A DNA stretch of 58,619 bases from positions 1-58,619 of IMG/VR virus record IMGVR_UViG_3300036900_000065; one strand, given 5' to 3'. The first letter of the stretch is position 1; each line of letters opens with the position of its first letter. The notes under the pieces were generated by a model. The model made no database searches. It saw only the letters and a list, made by a program, of their open reading frames with translations, and was not told the origin of the DNA. Below, one piece after another: positions 8,725 to 17,743 of the stretch. Both the position numbers and the translations under genes were made by a program. The stretch is from a virus (Duplodnaviria; Caudoviricetes).

Positions 8725-9447
8725 CTACGCAATCGTCGCGAGGCGGTCCTTGCGGCTGCGCCTGAGGCCCATGAACGCCATCAGCGCGAAGCCGACGCCA
8801 AGCATCGCCCACGTCTTCGGTTCCGGCACCCCGGTGGTCATCGACTGATTGAAGCCGGTGATCGAGCCGCCGCCGCGCAGCGCCAAGCTCGCGCCCTCGG
8901 TCATCGAGAACGGCGAGCCGCTGACGAACGCCGCGCTGTTGCTGCCCGAGAAGCTGTCCGGGTCGGTGAGCGGCGTACCGAACACCGTTTCCAGCAAGGA
9001 GCCGGGGGTGTTGCTCGGATTTGCGCCCTGCGTGTTCGCCGGATCGGCCCAGAACTGCAACATGCTCTGTCCGGAGCCGACCGCATCGTTGAAGGTCAGC
9101 GAGGCCGAGTTGTTGATGAAGCTGACCGGCGCGTCGAAATTGGTGTCGGACGCGAGCAGCTTGACGGTGATCGGCGTTGCCCCCTCGTTGGTGATCGAGG
9201 ACGAGGAGAGTTGGAGGGTGTTGGCCGCGCCGAAGGTGGACTGCGCCAAGGTGATCTGCACAAAGGCGTTGCCGATCGTCTGGTCGATGGTCAGAAGGTT
9301 GTTGGCCCCGCCGCTCACGTCGCACGACAATTGCCCGTCGAAGCAGGTGAAGGTGCTGGCCCCGACGCCAATCGACAATTGCAGGCGAGCCTCGGCGGCG
9401 GGCGTCAGCGCGGCAAGGAAGGTGGATGCGAGAAGCAGCTTTTTCAT
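8725..9447 (-). CDS. PEP-CTERM (PEPxxWA type) exported protein 2
   Basis: Signal peptide MKKLLLASTFLAALTPAAEA; Ser/Thr-rich body; C-terminus VPEPKTWAMLGVGFALMAFMGLRRSRK. Confidence 0.9.
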   Translation of the reverse strand: MKKLLLASTFLAALTPAAEARLQLSIGVGASTFTCFDGQLSCDVSGGANNLLTIDQTIGNAFVQITLAQSTFGAANTLQLSSSSITNEGATPITVKLLASDTNFDAPVSFINNSASLTFNDAVGSGQSMLQFWADPANTQGANPSNTPGSLLETVFGTPLTDPDSFSGSNSAAFVSGSPFSMTEGASLALRGGGSITGFNQSMTTGVPEPKTWAMLGVGFALMAFMGLRRSRKDRLATIA

Positions 9448-9515
9448 TGTGGCGTGTTCCCCAATAGGACCGCGAATGCGGGCGGCGCACATTACAGGAT
9501 GTTAATGACAATTGT

Positions 9516-9740
9516 CTATCGGCTCGGCGGGCAATTCTGGGCGTCACGCACCAGTTTTTCGATCAGCGCCATCTGCCCCTTGTTGCGCTCCTGCGCGTTG
9601 GCCGCGACCTCGCCCAAGACATAGCCTGCGAAGGCGAGGAACCCGATGTTAACGACCAAGAGCGCGATGGCGAGCGGCTGCGACGACATCGCGCCGACCG
9701 TCGCCGTCGCGACCTTCCCGGCTTCTTCTTGGATCGACAT
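9516..9740 (-). CDS. Single-TM protein, possible holin/lysis accessory
   Basis: PLAIALLVVNIGFLAFAGYVL hydrophobic helix; position after the fibres. Confidence 0.6.
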   Translation of the reverse strand: MSIQEEAGKVATATVGAMSSQPLAIALLVVNIGFLAFAGYVLGEVAANAQERNKGQMALIEKLVRDAQNCPPSR

Positions 9741-9839
9741 CTGCGTTGGACCCCATGGCCCCGCCTCGCAGGCGCGCGGCAATCCGCCGCGCCGCCTCCC
9801 GCATAGCACGCCGCCGCGCCTCGCAGGACCGGCAGACCA

Positions 9840-10484
9840 TCAGCGCGCCCGCCTCGCCCACAGCTTGCCGGTCGCGGTGATGGTCCCGCTGGCGAAATTG
9901 AACAGAACATTCAGATAATAGGTCGTCGCCACGGCGACCGACACCCGGCACGGCCCGACCGGCGCGACCGACAAGGTGGACGCCGATGCGGCGAATTGCG
10001 AGCGCGAACCGCTCATGTCCACGGCTGCCAGCCCCGCTCCATCGGTGGTCCCTATGGACAGCCAGAAGGACGTGACAAGGCCTCCCGCCGACGCGCTCGT
10101 CCACACCTCGGCCTGAACGTCCCAATCGCCGGGGGTGAGGACGAGCGAAAGAATGCGCGCTATTGACGAAGTCGCGAGGCTATAGGGCGCGGTGCGCACG
10201 TTGGACAGAACTTCCCCGATATGGCCCGCCGCCGCATCGGCCCCGCTGGTGACGCCGAACGGCGCTTCCGCATATTGCTTGGTCGCCGCGCCAAGCGCGT
10301 TCGCCGGGTCGCCCGCGAGGATCAAGGGGCCGGTGAGCGTGCCCCCGCCCAGCGGCAGATAGCCGGTCTTCGCCAGCGCGACGGATGTCCATTTCTCGCC
10401 ATCCCACACATAGGTCGGCACGCCCGCGACCGGCGCGGACGGGAACTTGTCGCCAAGGGCGGGCGCATTGGGAAAATCAAGCAT
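9840..10484 (-). CDS. Tail fibre-associated / receptor-binding protein
   Basis: LDFPNAP..G, YVWDGEKW, YLPLGGGTLTG, AATKQY motifs. Confidence 0.7.
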   Translation of the reverse strand: MLDFPNAPALGDKFPSAPVAGVPTYVWDGEKWTSVALAKTGYLPLGGGTLTGPLILAGDPANALGAATKQYAEAPFGVTSGADAAAGHIGEVLSNVRTAPYSLATSSIARILSLVLTPGDWDVQAEVWTSASAGGLVTSFWLSIGTTDGAGLAAVDMSGSRSQFAASASTLSVAPVGPCRVSVAVATTYYLNVLFNFASGTITATGKLWARRAR

Positions 10485-12129
10485 TGGCCGCCTCCAGCCG
10501 CGCCGTCAGCTCCGCGACCTGACCGTCGAGATGCTTGACCGCGTTGGCCAGCGCCGCGATCAGCGGCATGAGCTCAATCGCGGGCTGGTCGCCGCCGCGC
10601 ACCGCATGGGGCAACGCCTCCTGCATTTCCTGCGCGACGAAGCCCAGTTCCTCGCGCGGCTCGACCGCCCATCCGGGGTGATCGGCGGGCGGCTCCGGGT
10701 TGACCCGCTGATAGCGGCGAGGGCGCATCAGCCGCACCGCCTCGATCCCGTCCGGCGCGTCCTGAATGTCGGCCTTGAGCGCCGCGTCCGAGTTCTGCGC
10801 CAGCGTGCCCTTGATGGTGAGGTTGCCGCCGCCGACCAGAGACATCAGGATGGCGTCCGTGTAGTCCTGCCATGTGCGCGCTCCACTGGACCGCTGGAAC
10901 ATGTACTTCCACGACGAGGCCGTGGCGCTGCCCTGCTCGCCGATGCCGAAATAATTGCCGTCGCTGTAAAACGAGCTGGCGTTGGTGAGGGTGATGCCCT
11001 GTCCAGACATGGTGTTAATGGCGCCGCCGAACGTCGCGGCCCCGGTGCCGCGCGCGATCTGCATCGCCGCCGGGTTAATCAGCGCGCCGCTGTCGTCGTA
11101 ACGCTGGATATAAAAATCCGACCCGGCGTTCGCCCCCGTCTCGGCGGCGGAATTGCCAAGCGTCACCCGCCAGCGCAGCGCGCCGCCCGTCATGCCCGCA
11201 AGGCCCCGGTTGACGCTGCCCGCCCCGTCGAGCGCCACGGTATAGCCGAACGCCCCGCTGCCGGAGGTCCCGGCGAACGTCACGGGGCCGGTCACACGCC
11301 CCCCATCGAGCGGCAGATAGCCGGAAAGGTCGGGCTGCGGGGTCGCAATCACCCATTGCGTCGAAGTGCCGTCGTTGTAGCGCGCATAGAGAAGGCCGGT
11401 GTCGCTCTCGAACCAGAGCGCGCCGTCCGCCGCGCCCGCAGGCGGCGTGTCGGACACCAGCAGGGTCGCGGTGCCCGCCGCGCCCTGAGGGCCGGTGTCG
11501 CCCTTGTCGCCCTTCGGTCCCTGCACGCCCTGCACGCCCTGCGGCCCTTGCGCCCCTTGCGGCCCGACCAGCGACACGCCCCCCGGCCATGCGCTGCCCG
11601 CCTTCGGGCCGAAGATGAAATGGGTCGTGGTGTTGATGTAGAAGTCGCCGTCCTTGCCCTGCGCCGTAGGGTCCGATGGGCCATAGAGGACGGTGTTCCC
11701 GTCCACGCCGTCCGTGCCTCTCGGCCCCGGCGGCCCCTGCAGGCCGATGGGCCCCTGCACGCCTTGGACGCCCTGCGCCCCCTGCGGCCCGATCAGCGAC
11801 GCCCCGGCTGGCCAGACGCCGCTCAGCTTCGGGCCGAACATGAAATGCGTGGTGGTGTTGACATAGAAGTCGCCGTTGACGCCGACCGCGTTCAGCGGAT
11901 CGCTCGCGCCATACAGCACCGAATTGCCGCGCGGCCCCGCAGGGCCGGTGTCGCCGGGAGGTCCGGGGACGATGGACGCGGGGCCGGGAGGTCCGGGAGG
12001 TCCGGGAGGCCCCTGCTGCATCGTCTGGATGATCTCGACCTCATCGTCGAAGATCACGATGGTGCTGTCGTCGCTCGACGCGGCGCTCACGTTGTCCGAA
12101 TTGTCGATGTCAACTTCGTTGAAGGTCAT
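10477..12129 (-). CDS. Collagen-like tail fibre with C-terminal intramolecular chaperone (peptidase S74-like)
   Basis: G-X-Y repeats, duplicated GDFY.NTTTHF.FGPK units, SDAALK...LGFVAQE and a coiled-coil end. Confidence 0.85.
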   Translation of the reverse strand: MTFNEVDIDNSDNVSAASSDDSTIVIFDDEVEIIQTMQQGPPGPPGPPGPASIVPGPPGDTGPAGPRGNSVLYGASDPLNAVGVNGDFYVNTTTHFMFGPKLSGVWPAGASLIGPQGAQGVQGVQGPIGLQGPPGPRGTDGVDGNTVLYGPSDPTAQGKDGDFYINTTTHFIFGPKAGSAWPGGVSLVGPQGAQGPQGVQGVQGPKGDKGDTGPQGAAGTATLLVSDTPPAGAADGALWFESDTGLLYARYNDGTSTQWVIATPQPDLSGYLPLDGGRVTGPVTFAGTSGSGAFGYTVALDGAGSVNRGLAGMTGGALRWRVTLGNSAAETGANAGSDFYIQRYDDSGALINPAAMQIARGTGAATFGGAINTMSGQGITLTNASSFYSDGNYFGIGEQGSATASSWKYMFQRSSGARTWQDYTDAILMSLVGGGNLTIKGTLAQNSDAALKADIQDAPDGIEAVRLMRPRRYQRVNPEPPADHPGWAVEPREELGFVAQEMQEALPHAVRGGDQPAIELMPLIAALANAVKHLDGQVAELTARLEAANA

Positions 12130-12470
12130 CGCGTCGGCCCCGCATTGTTGGTGAGCAGGCCCGCCCACACCCGCACCTTATAGCCGCCGCGCGTGAAGAT
12201 GTTCGACTGGTCGAAGTCGCCCAGCCCCAGCCGCGCCAAGACATCCTGCGCGATGCGGAGCGTAAACGTGCCGTTGGGCGCGTCGACGAACCTGATCTCC
12301 TCGGTGTCGGTGGCCAGCCGCAGCACCGCCGCCTGATCGGACGCATGACGGCGCAGCATCATCTCCATCACGCCGCCGGTCAGGTCGATGGGGTCGCCAG
12401 CGAGCGTCTGCCAGAGGAACGTGCGGTAGAAGTCCGCGTCGTTCTGCGTGGTGATGTTGACGATTGCCAT
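12126..12470 (-). CDS. Virion structural / fibre adaptor protein
   Basis: PIDLTG....M.LR motif; between fibre genes. Confidence 0.6.
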   Translation of the reverse strand: MAIVNITTQNDADFYRTFLWQTLAGDPIDLTGGVMEMMLRRHASDQAAVLRLATDTEEIRFVDAPNGTFTLRIAQDVLARLGLGDFDQSNIFTRGGYKVRVWAGLLTNNAGPTR

Positions 12471-12475
12471 CGCCT

Positions 12476-13132
12476 TTACCTCGTCGGCTTGAGCCAGTTG
12501 GCGCGCGCCGCCGTGATCGGCGCGGCATAGGCCGCGTCGATCTCCTCCAGCGTCGTCATCGTGCCCGCATCAATCGCCGCACGGTTGTCCGACGATATGC
12601 TGAAACAGTTGTTGATGTGGGTGAGCAGGTCGTCGTTCATCGCCTGCATCCCGGTGGCGTCGAGGTCGATGATGGTCCCGTCCGCGCAATGCCAAGGCGT
12701 CACCACGGTCGGCTCGACCTGCGCCGCGCTGAACACCCCCGTGATCTTGGCCTGCGCGCGGTCGTCGGTCTTGATCGGGAAGCCCGCGCTGGTGACGAGG
12801 CCGCCCTGTTCTTTCCGCCAGCGCGCGTCGTCGTTGTACGCCTTGAGCTGCGACGGCGTGTAGCTGTCGGGCGCGGGCTGGATGAAACTCGCGGCGTTGA
12901 ACAGCCACGGCCTGACCAGCGGATATTTCTGCAGCACTTCGGCCAGATCGGCCTCGCTCGGGATTGGCGTGGGCGACCGGCTGAGCGACCACTCGACATA
13001 GGCGGGATCGCTGACCGGAACCATCGTGTTCGTCCGGCTCTGATAGACCTGAGACGCGCCCTCGCCGATCATCCAAAAGTGATCGAAGGGGTTGATCGCC
13101 ATCGCCGTCGCCACTCTGGGAATGTCAGACAT
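12476..13132 (-). CDS. DUF4376-like tail fibre assembly protein
   Basis: ARWRKEQGG...TDDRAQAKI...W.CADG....LDA..M; follows the fibre gene. Confidence 0.7.
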   Translation of the reverse strand: MSDIPRVATAMAINPFDHFWMIGEGASQVYQSRTNTMVPVSDPAYVEWSLSRSPTPIPSEADLAEVLQKYPLVRPWLFNAASFIQPAPDSYTPSQLKAYNDDARWRKEQGGLVTSAGFPIKTDDRAQAKITGVFSAAQVEPTVVTPWHCADGTIIDLDATGMQAMNDDLLTHINNCFSISSDNRAAIDAGTMTTLEEIDAAYAAPITAARANWLKPTR

Positions 13133-14435
13133 ATTGCCCTCCTGTCGCAAGCACGCCCGCCACGCTTCCCGGCAGATAGCTGACCGCGCGCCCGCCCACG
13201 TCGATGACGCCGTTGCCCGACGCCACATACCTGTAGCCGGTGACAGCGCCGTTGAGGTTCTGCACGGTATAGACCGGATTGATCTGCCCGCCGCCGCCCG
13301 CGCTGGCGAAGGCGTAGAGCGACACGGCGTTCATGACGTTGAGCGTCGGATAGGGGTTGGACCAGAACGAGATCACGCCGTTCTGGGACGCCCCCAGATG
13401 CGCGCCGTTGGCGGAGCCGCCATAAATGAAGTCCGGCCCCTGCATGGCGATGTGCCCGCCGCCCGGACCCGCGAAGACGTGCCCTCCCGGCGCATTGTAG
13501 AAGGCGACGGCGTCGCACCACACATTGCCCGAATTGGCGACCCACAAACCGATGGCCTGATCCGACGCGCTGGCCTGCGTGGCCTGAAAGGAGACGCCAT
13601 CCACGGTGTAGGAGCCGCCGAACACGCGGAAGCAGCTGCCGGTGCCCGAGTTGATGAGCTTGACCAAGTTCGGGTTGGCGTGATTGCCGTGGATGAAGAC
13701 CGTGCCCGACCCGTTCGGCGTCGGCGCGTCGAGCAGCGATGTCTCCGGATAGGTGCCGTCCGCCAGATAGATGTGGAAGGTGAAGCCGCTGAGATTGTAC
13801 TTGGCCGTCTGCAACAGCGCCCTGCGCAGCGACTTGTACGGCCCATGCCCGTGCGCGGCGTCGATGGTCGCTGAGGTGCCGTCATAGAGACTGTCGTCGC
13901 CCTGTACGTTGTCGCAGTAGAGCGAGCGCGGGTTCGTCATCATGATGAGCGAGCCGCTCAACCCGCCGGTCAGCATCTGCCACGCATTGGCCCCGTTGTA
14001 GGCGACCTCGATGATCTGGTTTGCATAGAGTTCGCCGCCGCCCATCGGCGTGCCATCGGCGTGCACCACCGGCAGCCAGCCCAGCCCGCTGACGCTGATC
14101 TGCACCGCCTGCGTGTTGGCGTTCGCCACCTTGATGCGGAAGTGCTGGCCCAAGACATAACCGGCAAGCGGCGGCGTCGGGGTGATGGCGAGGAAGTTCG
14201 GCGTGCCCTGATCGTCGCAATAGTTGACGACGCCGCCCTGCACCGACTTCGACAGTTGCCGCAGGTCGTTCGCATCGGGCGTGAAGGCGCTGTCGTTGAG
14301 GAAATTCACGATCTCGCGCTGCGGATGCTCGATGGCCGCCGCAGGCGGGATCGACCCCATCGTCCCGGTCGCCGGATTGCCGTTGATGTACGGCGCGTCC
14401 GGATCGGTGACGCCGTAGGGCTGGTTATAGAGCAT
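13125..14435 (-). CDS. Tail fibre/tailspike protein
   Basis: N-terminal YINGNP.TG..GSIPPA.AIE.PQREI anchor; beta-rich C-terminus; follows the baseplate genes. Confidence 0.8.
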   Translation of the reverse strand: MLYNQPYGVTDPDAPYINGNPATGTMGSIPPAAAIEHPQREIVNFLNDSAFTPDANDLRQLSKSVQGGVVNYCDDQGTPNFLAITPTPPLAGYVLGQHFRIKVANANTQAVQISVSGLGWLPVVHADGTPMGGGELYANQIIEVAYNGANAWQMLTGGLSGSLIMMTNPRSLYCDNVQGDDSLYDGTSATIDAAHGHGPYKSLRRALLQTAKYNLSGFTFHIYLADGTYPETSLLDAPTPNGSGTVFIHGNHANPNLVKLINSGTGSCFRVFGGSYTVDGVSFQATQASASDQAIGLWVANSGNVWCDAVAFYNAPGGHVFAGPGGGHIAMQGPDFIYGGSANGAHLGASQNGVISFWSNPYPTLNVMNAVSLYAFASAGGGGQINPVYTVQNLNGAVTGYRYVASGNGVIDVGGRAVSYLPGSVAGVLATGGQYV

Positions 14436-14447
14436 CGCGCTTCTCCC

Positions 14448-15230
14448 TCATGGTGTGCCCGCCATTTCGCCGCCCTCTTGCAGGCCCGAATAGTCGAAGA
14501 TGATCTCGGTATGCGCGGGCTTCCATCGGTTGAGCAGGCATTCGAGGTCTTCCGCGAGGCCGATGCGAAGATGCGGATCGACGCCGGTCTGTCCCGACGC
14601 CGCGCGGAACCACGTCAGCCGCGCCGCGCCGACATGCACCGTCCAATAGTAATAGTTCGATTGCGGCCCCAGACCGTAGTTCGGCCACTCGGACAATTCG
14701 CCGTCCGCGACCGGCGCGCCGTTCAGGCCATAGATGACCTGCCCCCACGCGTTCCGCATCGGGTCGCCGCCGTCGCCATAGACGCGACAGTCGCCGCAGC
14801 CGTCCATGGCGACGGTAAACGGGCGATACTCGGTGATGGTGATCGGATAGCCGATGGCCGCCGCGATCTCGATGAAGAACTCGCGCGACTGCGCGCCCTC
14901 GATGGTCATCCGCTGAACGAGCGCGAACTGCCGCTCGCCGATGGATTGCGGGGCCTTGTAGCAGGGGTCGGGCAGTCCCCAATTGCGCTCCCAATCGGTC
15001 AGCAGCCCCGATTGGTCGCCCTGCACCGGCAGGGTGAAGCGCGGGTCGCTCTCCTGCTCCAAGAGCAGCGAGGCGCTCGTCTCCACGTCGCCCCAGATGC
15101 GCGTGAGGCCGCGCACCGTCAGCATCAGCGCCTCGTCCCAATCGCGTGGCCACGCGTCGCCCTGCGGCAGCAGGCCTTCGAGCGCGTTGGCGTAGTCCTC
15201 GCCCGCGCGGGTGACGTGGCTATCCGGCAT
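14448..15230 (-). CDS. Baseplate protein, Mu gp48/YmfQ (DUF2313)-like
   Basis: LLPQG.AWP, L.DWER..GLPD.C, LECLLNRWKPAHT. Confidence 0.9.
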   Translation of the reverse strand: MPDSHVTRAGEDYANALEGLLPQGDAWPRDWDEALMLTVRGLTRIWGDVETSASLLLEQESDPRFTLPVQGDQSGLLTDWERNWGLPDPCYKAPQSIGERQFALVQRMTIEGAQSREFFIEIAAAIGYPITITEYRPFTVAMDGCGDCRVYGDGGDPMRNAWGQVIYGLNGAPVADGELSEWPNYGLGPQSNYYYWTVHVGAARLTWFRAASGQTGVDPHLRIGLAEDLECLLNRWKPAHTEIIFDYSGLQEGGEMAGTP

Positions 15231-16299
15231 CGTACAGCACCGTTCCCAGCACCGGCATGTATCCGGGCGCGGGCATCTCGGTCGTCTCGTAGGCGAGTTC
15301 GTGCGTCTCCTCGCCGACCGCGTTGCTGATCGCCTCGTCAACCCACGACCGATACCAAGTCTGACCCGGCTTCGAGCGGCTCATCTCCATGTCCGCCAGC
15401 GACTGCTCGATGCGCGCCCGCACGGTCGGGTCGTCGGTGGTCAGGTCGCTTATGGTGATGTCATAGAAGAACAGGATCGGGGCCATCACGAAGCAGTCCT
15501 TGACCGTCACCGGACGCTTGCTGTCGATGTAGGCCCGCACCTCGTCGATGTCGGCTGGCTGCGGCAGGCCGTGATTGTCGGGATACATGTCGTCCATCAG
15601 GAAGCGCACGGTCATCGAGCCGGGGCCGATCTCCTGCGCCGCCCATGCGCGCGTCACGCCGGGGACCGCCATCGCCCACGCGACATAGTCGGCCTGCGCG
15701 CCGCCCATCGGCGGGTTCTGGATGCGGGCGAGGATGCGCTCGCGCAGCTGGTCGTCGGTCTCCTCCTCGACGCCGCCGCGCATGTCGCCATAGAGGGAGC
15801 CGCCGGTGATGCCGGGGATCGGCGGGGTGATCGACACCCCATCGCCATCGGGCAGGTTGCCTATCGTGCCTGCGGTCAGCGCCGCCGCCGTTGCGTCGCC
15901 AATTCCGCTCGACCCGATGACGGCCTCGACCCCGGTCTGATAGCTGATCCCGTTCGCGCCCTTGACCACCGATCCGGGAGGGACCGTATAGCCTGTCGTC
16001 CCGGTGAAGCGGACGACGCCGCTGGCGTAGGTGGCCGCCTTGCGTCCCTTCGACCCGTCCGCATTGACCAGCCAGATCACGCCATGCCGGTCGAGCCATT
16101 CCGTCTCGGCGGTGTCGGGCAGCAGCTGCTTCGCCAGCCAGTCGAGATAGAGCAGCGTGAGGTGGGTGAGGCCCGACTGCCCGTCCGTCATGATGCGCAG
16201 CGCGCTATTCGGGACCAGCGCCTTCGCGCCAAGCTGCGACAGCACGTAGTCGCGCGCCAGCTTGCGCGTATCCTTCAATGAGGGGGTGATCCAAGGCAT
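15220..16299 (-). CDS. Baseplate wedge J / Mu gp47-like
   Basis: LLPDTAETEWLDRH, ETDDQLRERIL, GGA.ADY..WA..VPGVTRAW. Confidence 0.92.
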   Translation of the reverse strand: MPWITPSLKDTRKLARDYVLSQLGAKALVPNSALRIMTDGQSGLTHLTLLYLDWLAKQLLPDTAETEWLDRHGVIWLVNADGSKGRKAATYASGVVRFTGTTGYTVPPGSVVKGANGISYQTGVEAVIGSSGIGDATAAALTAGTIGNLPDGDGVSITPPIPGITGGSLYGDMRGGVEEETDDQLRERILARIQNPPMGGAQADYVAWAMAVPGVTRAWAAQEIGPGSMTVRFLMDDMYPDNHGLPQPADIDEVRAYIDSKRPVTVKDCFVMAPILFFYDITISDLTTDDPTVRARIEQSLADMEMSRSKPGQTWYRSWVDEAISNAVGEETHELAYETTEMPAPGYMPVLGTVLYDAG

Positions 16300-16805
16300 C
16301 AGGCGGCTCCCCGCAAATCGTCCCAGAGGTCGGCGTAGCGAAGCTCGATGGTCGGTTCCGGCCCGCGATAGATCGTCACGCCCACGTCGATCCGGTCGAT
16401 GTCGGTCTTCTCCGCCAGCACGTCGATCCGCGATGCGATCTTGTTGTCGACGAACGGCCGCATGGCGTCCCGCGTCCAGCCGTCCGCGCGCGATAGCGTC
16501 GAGCCTTTCTCCGCCGTCGCCCCGACGATCTTGGCCCGCTTCAAGAGCCACAGCAGGCTCCCGACCGGCCAGCCGCCCCATATCTCCTCCGCGTCCATGT
16601 CGGCCCACCAGCCCCTGCGGTCGGTGCTGTCGGGATCGGGCAAGTCCTCGCTGGCCGGGGCGAGCGCGTCGGTGCCCAGCGCGATGATCACCGCCGTCTG
16701 CAGGTCGTAGCCGTCCGCGATCAGGTTCTGGTCGGTCATCAGCCAGTTCAGCGTCACCGCATAGGCCGGGAAGTCGAGTTGTTGCAGATAGCGAATGTCG
16801 CTCAT
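16299..16805 (-). CDS. Mu gp46-like baseplate protein
   Basis: LQTAVII.L.TD, DRRGWWAD, GSLLWLL.RAK. Confidence 0.9.
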   Translation of the reverse strand: MSDIRYLQQLDFPAYAVTLNWLMTDQNLIADGYDLQTAVIIALGTDALAPASEDLPDPDSTDRRGWWADMDAEEIWGGWPVGSLLWLLKRAKIVGATAEKGSTLSRADGWTRDAMRPFVDNKIASRIDVLAEKTDIDRIDVGVTIYRGPEPTIELRYADLWDDLRGAA

Positions 16806-17743
16806 GAGCAGGGGTCTCCCGCAAGCTGGATGGGCACGCTCGACCAGCAGCCGCCGCTGTCCACCCAGATCGCGTTGCCGCCGAACTTCATGTGGATGTG
16901 GGTCTGGTCGATCCGCAACGAGTGGTCATTGTCCTTGAACTGGCAGGCGATCTGGTCGCCCTTGATGATCACCTTGAAGCTGCCGCCGCTCTCGTTCAGC
17001 GTCCATGTGTTCGCCCCCTTGTCATAGGTCGCGACCGGGGTGTCGCCGCTCATGATCTGCACCTTGCTGGCGGTGCAGCGGACTTCGGTGTTGACCGTAT
17101 CGCCTTCGTGCTTGTAGTCGGCGGTTCTCGCATCCGCCGCCGCACGCTGCTCCCGCGTCATCGGCGGCCCCGCCTTGGTGCCGACGCCGGGGCGCTCCTG
17201 CGCCGTCTTGACCACATGGCGCAGCGACACCATGCGCTGCTGCGGTTCGCTCTTGCCGGTCAGCTTGCCGTCGCGGTCGCGCAGCATCTTGCCGCCCGGA
17301 GCGGTGCCTTGGCCGTCGTCATCGAGCGACAGGAGGAACAGGCCCGCGCGCCTGAGCAGGGTCATCTGCCCTTGGTCGTCGTATTGCGCGTTCTCCCCCG
17401 GCTTCATTCCCATGGGCCGGTGCCGCCGGTCGTCGATGCCGATGATCACCGGATGGTTGCGCTGGCCGCCGAGAAAGAGCGCGATGCCCTCCGCCGCCGG
17501 TCCCTTGGGCTGCTCGACCCCGCCGATGCTGCCCGCCTGCTGCTTGTCCGGCTCGTCGCGCGGCAAAGGCACGGACGAGAAGCCGAACGACTGAATGCGC
17601 TCGACCGCCTTCCGCATGTCCGAGTTCATCCCGTCGATGAACATCTCCTGCATCATCTTGAGATCGTCGCCGACGTTGAGCGTCACGCGCGCCGCCATGT
17701 GCATGATGCGGCCCGACATTTCGTTGAGGCTGTTGCGGTTCAT
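16802..17743 (-). CDS. Baseplate spike, Mu gp45-like
   Basis: ERIQSFGFSSVP, GGQRNHPVII..DDRRHRP..MKPGE.AQYD. Confidence 0.85.
   Translation of the reverse strand: MNRNSLNEMSGRIMHMAARVTLNVGDDLKMMQEMFIDGMNSDMRKAVERIQSFGFSSVPLPRDEPDKQQAGSIGGVEQPKGPAAEGIALFLGGQRNHPVIIGIDDRRHRPMGMKPGENAQYDDQGQMTLLRRAGLFLLSLDDDGQGTAPGGKMLRDRDGKLTGKSEPQQRMVSLRHVVKTAQERPGVGTKAGPPMTREQRAAADARTADYKHEGDTVNTEVRCTASKVQIMSGDTPVATYDKGANTWTLNESGGSFKVIIKGDQIACQFKDNDHSLRIDQTHIHMKFGGNAIWVDSGGCWSSVPIQLAGDPCS

Noticed and set aside
9490-9518. Pho box upstream of the PEP-CTERM genes
   Set aside because: TTGTCAT and CTGTAAT are 7 nt apart rather than 4
11480-12010. Short tandem repeats as a CRISPR array or VNTR
   Set aside because: They encode collagen G-X-Y repeats of the fibre; no constant repeat-spacer pattern
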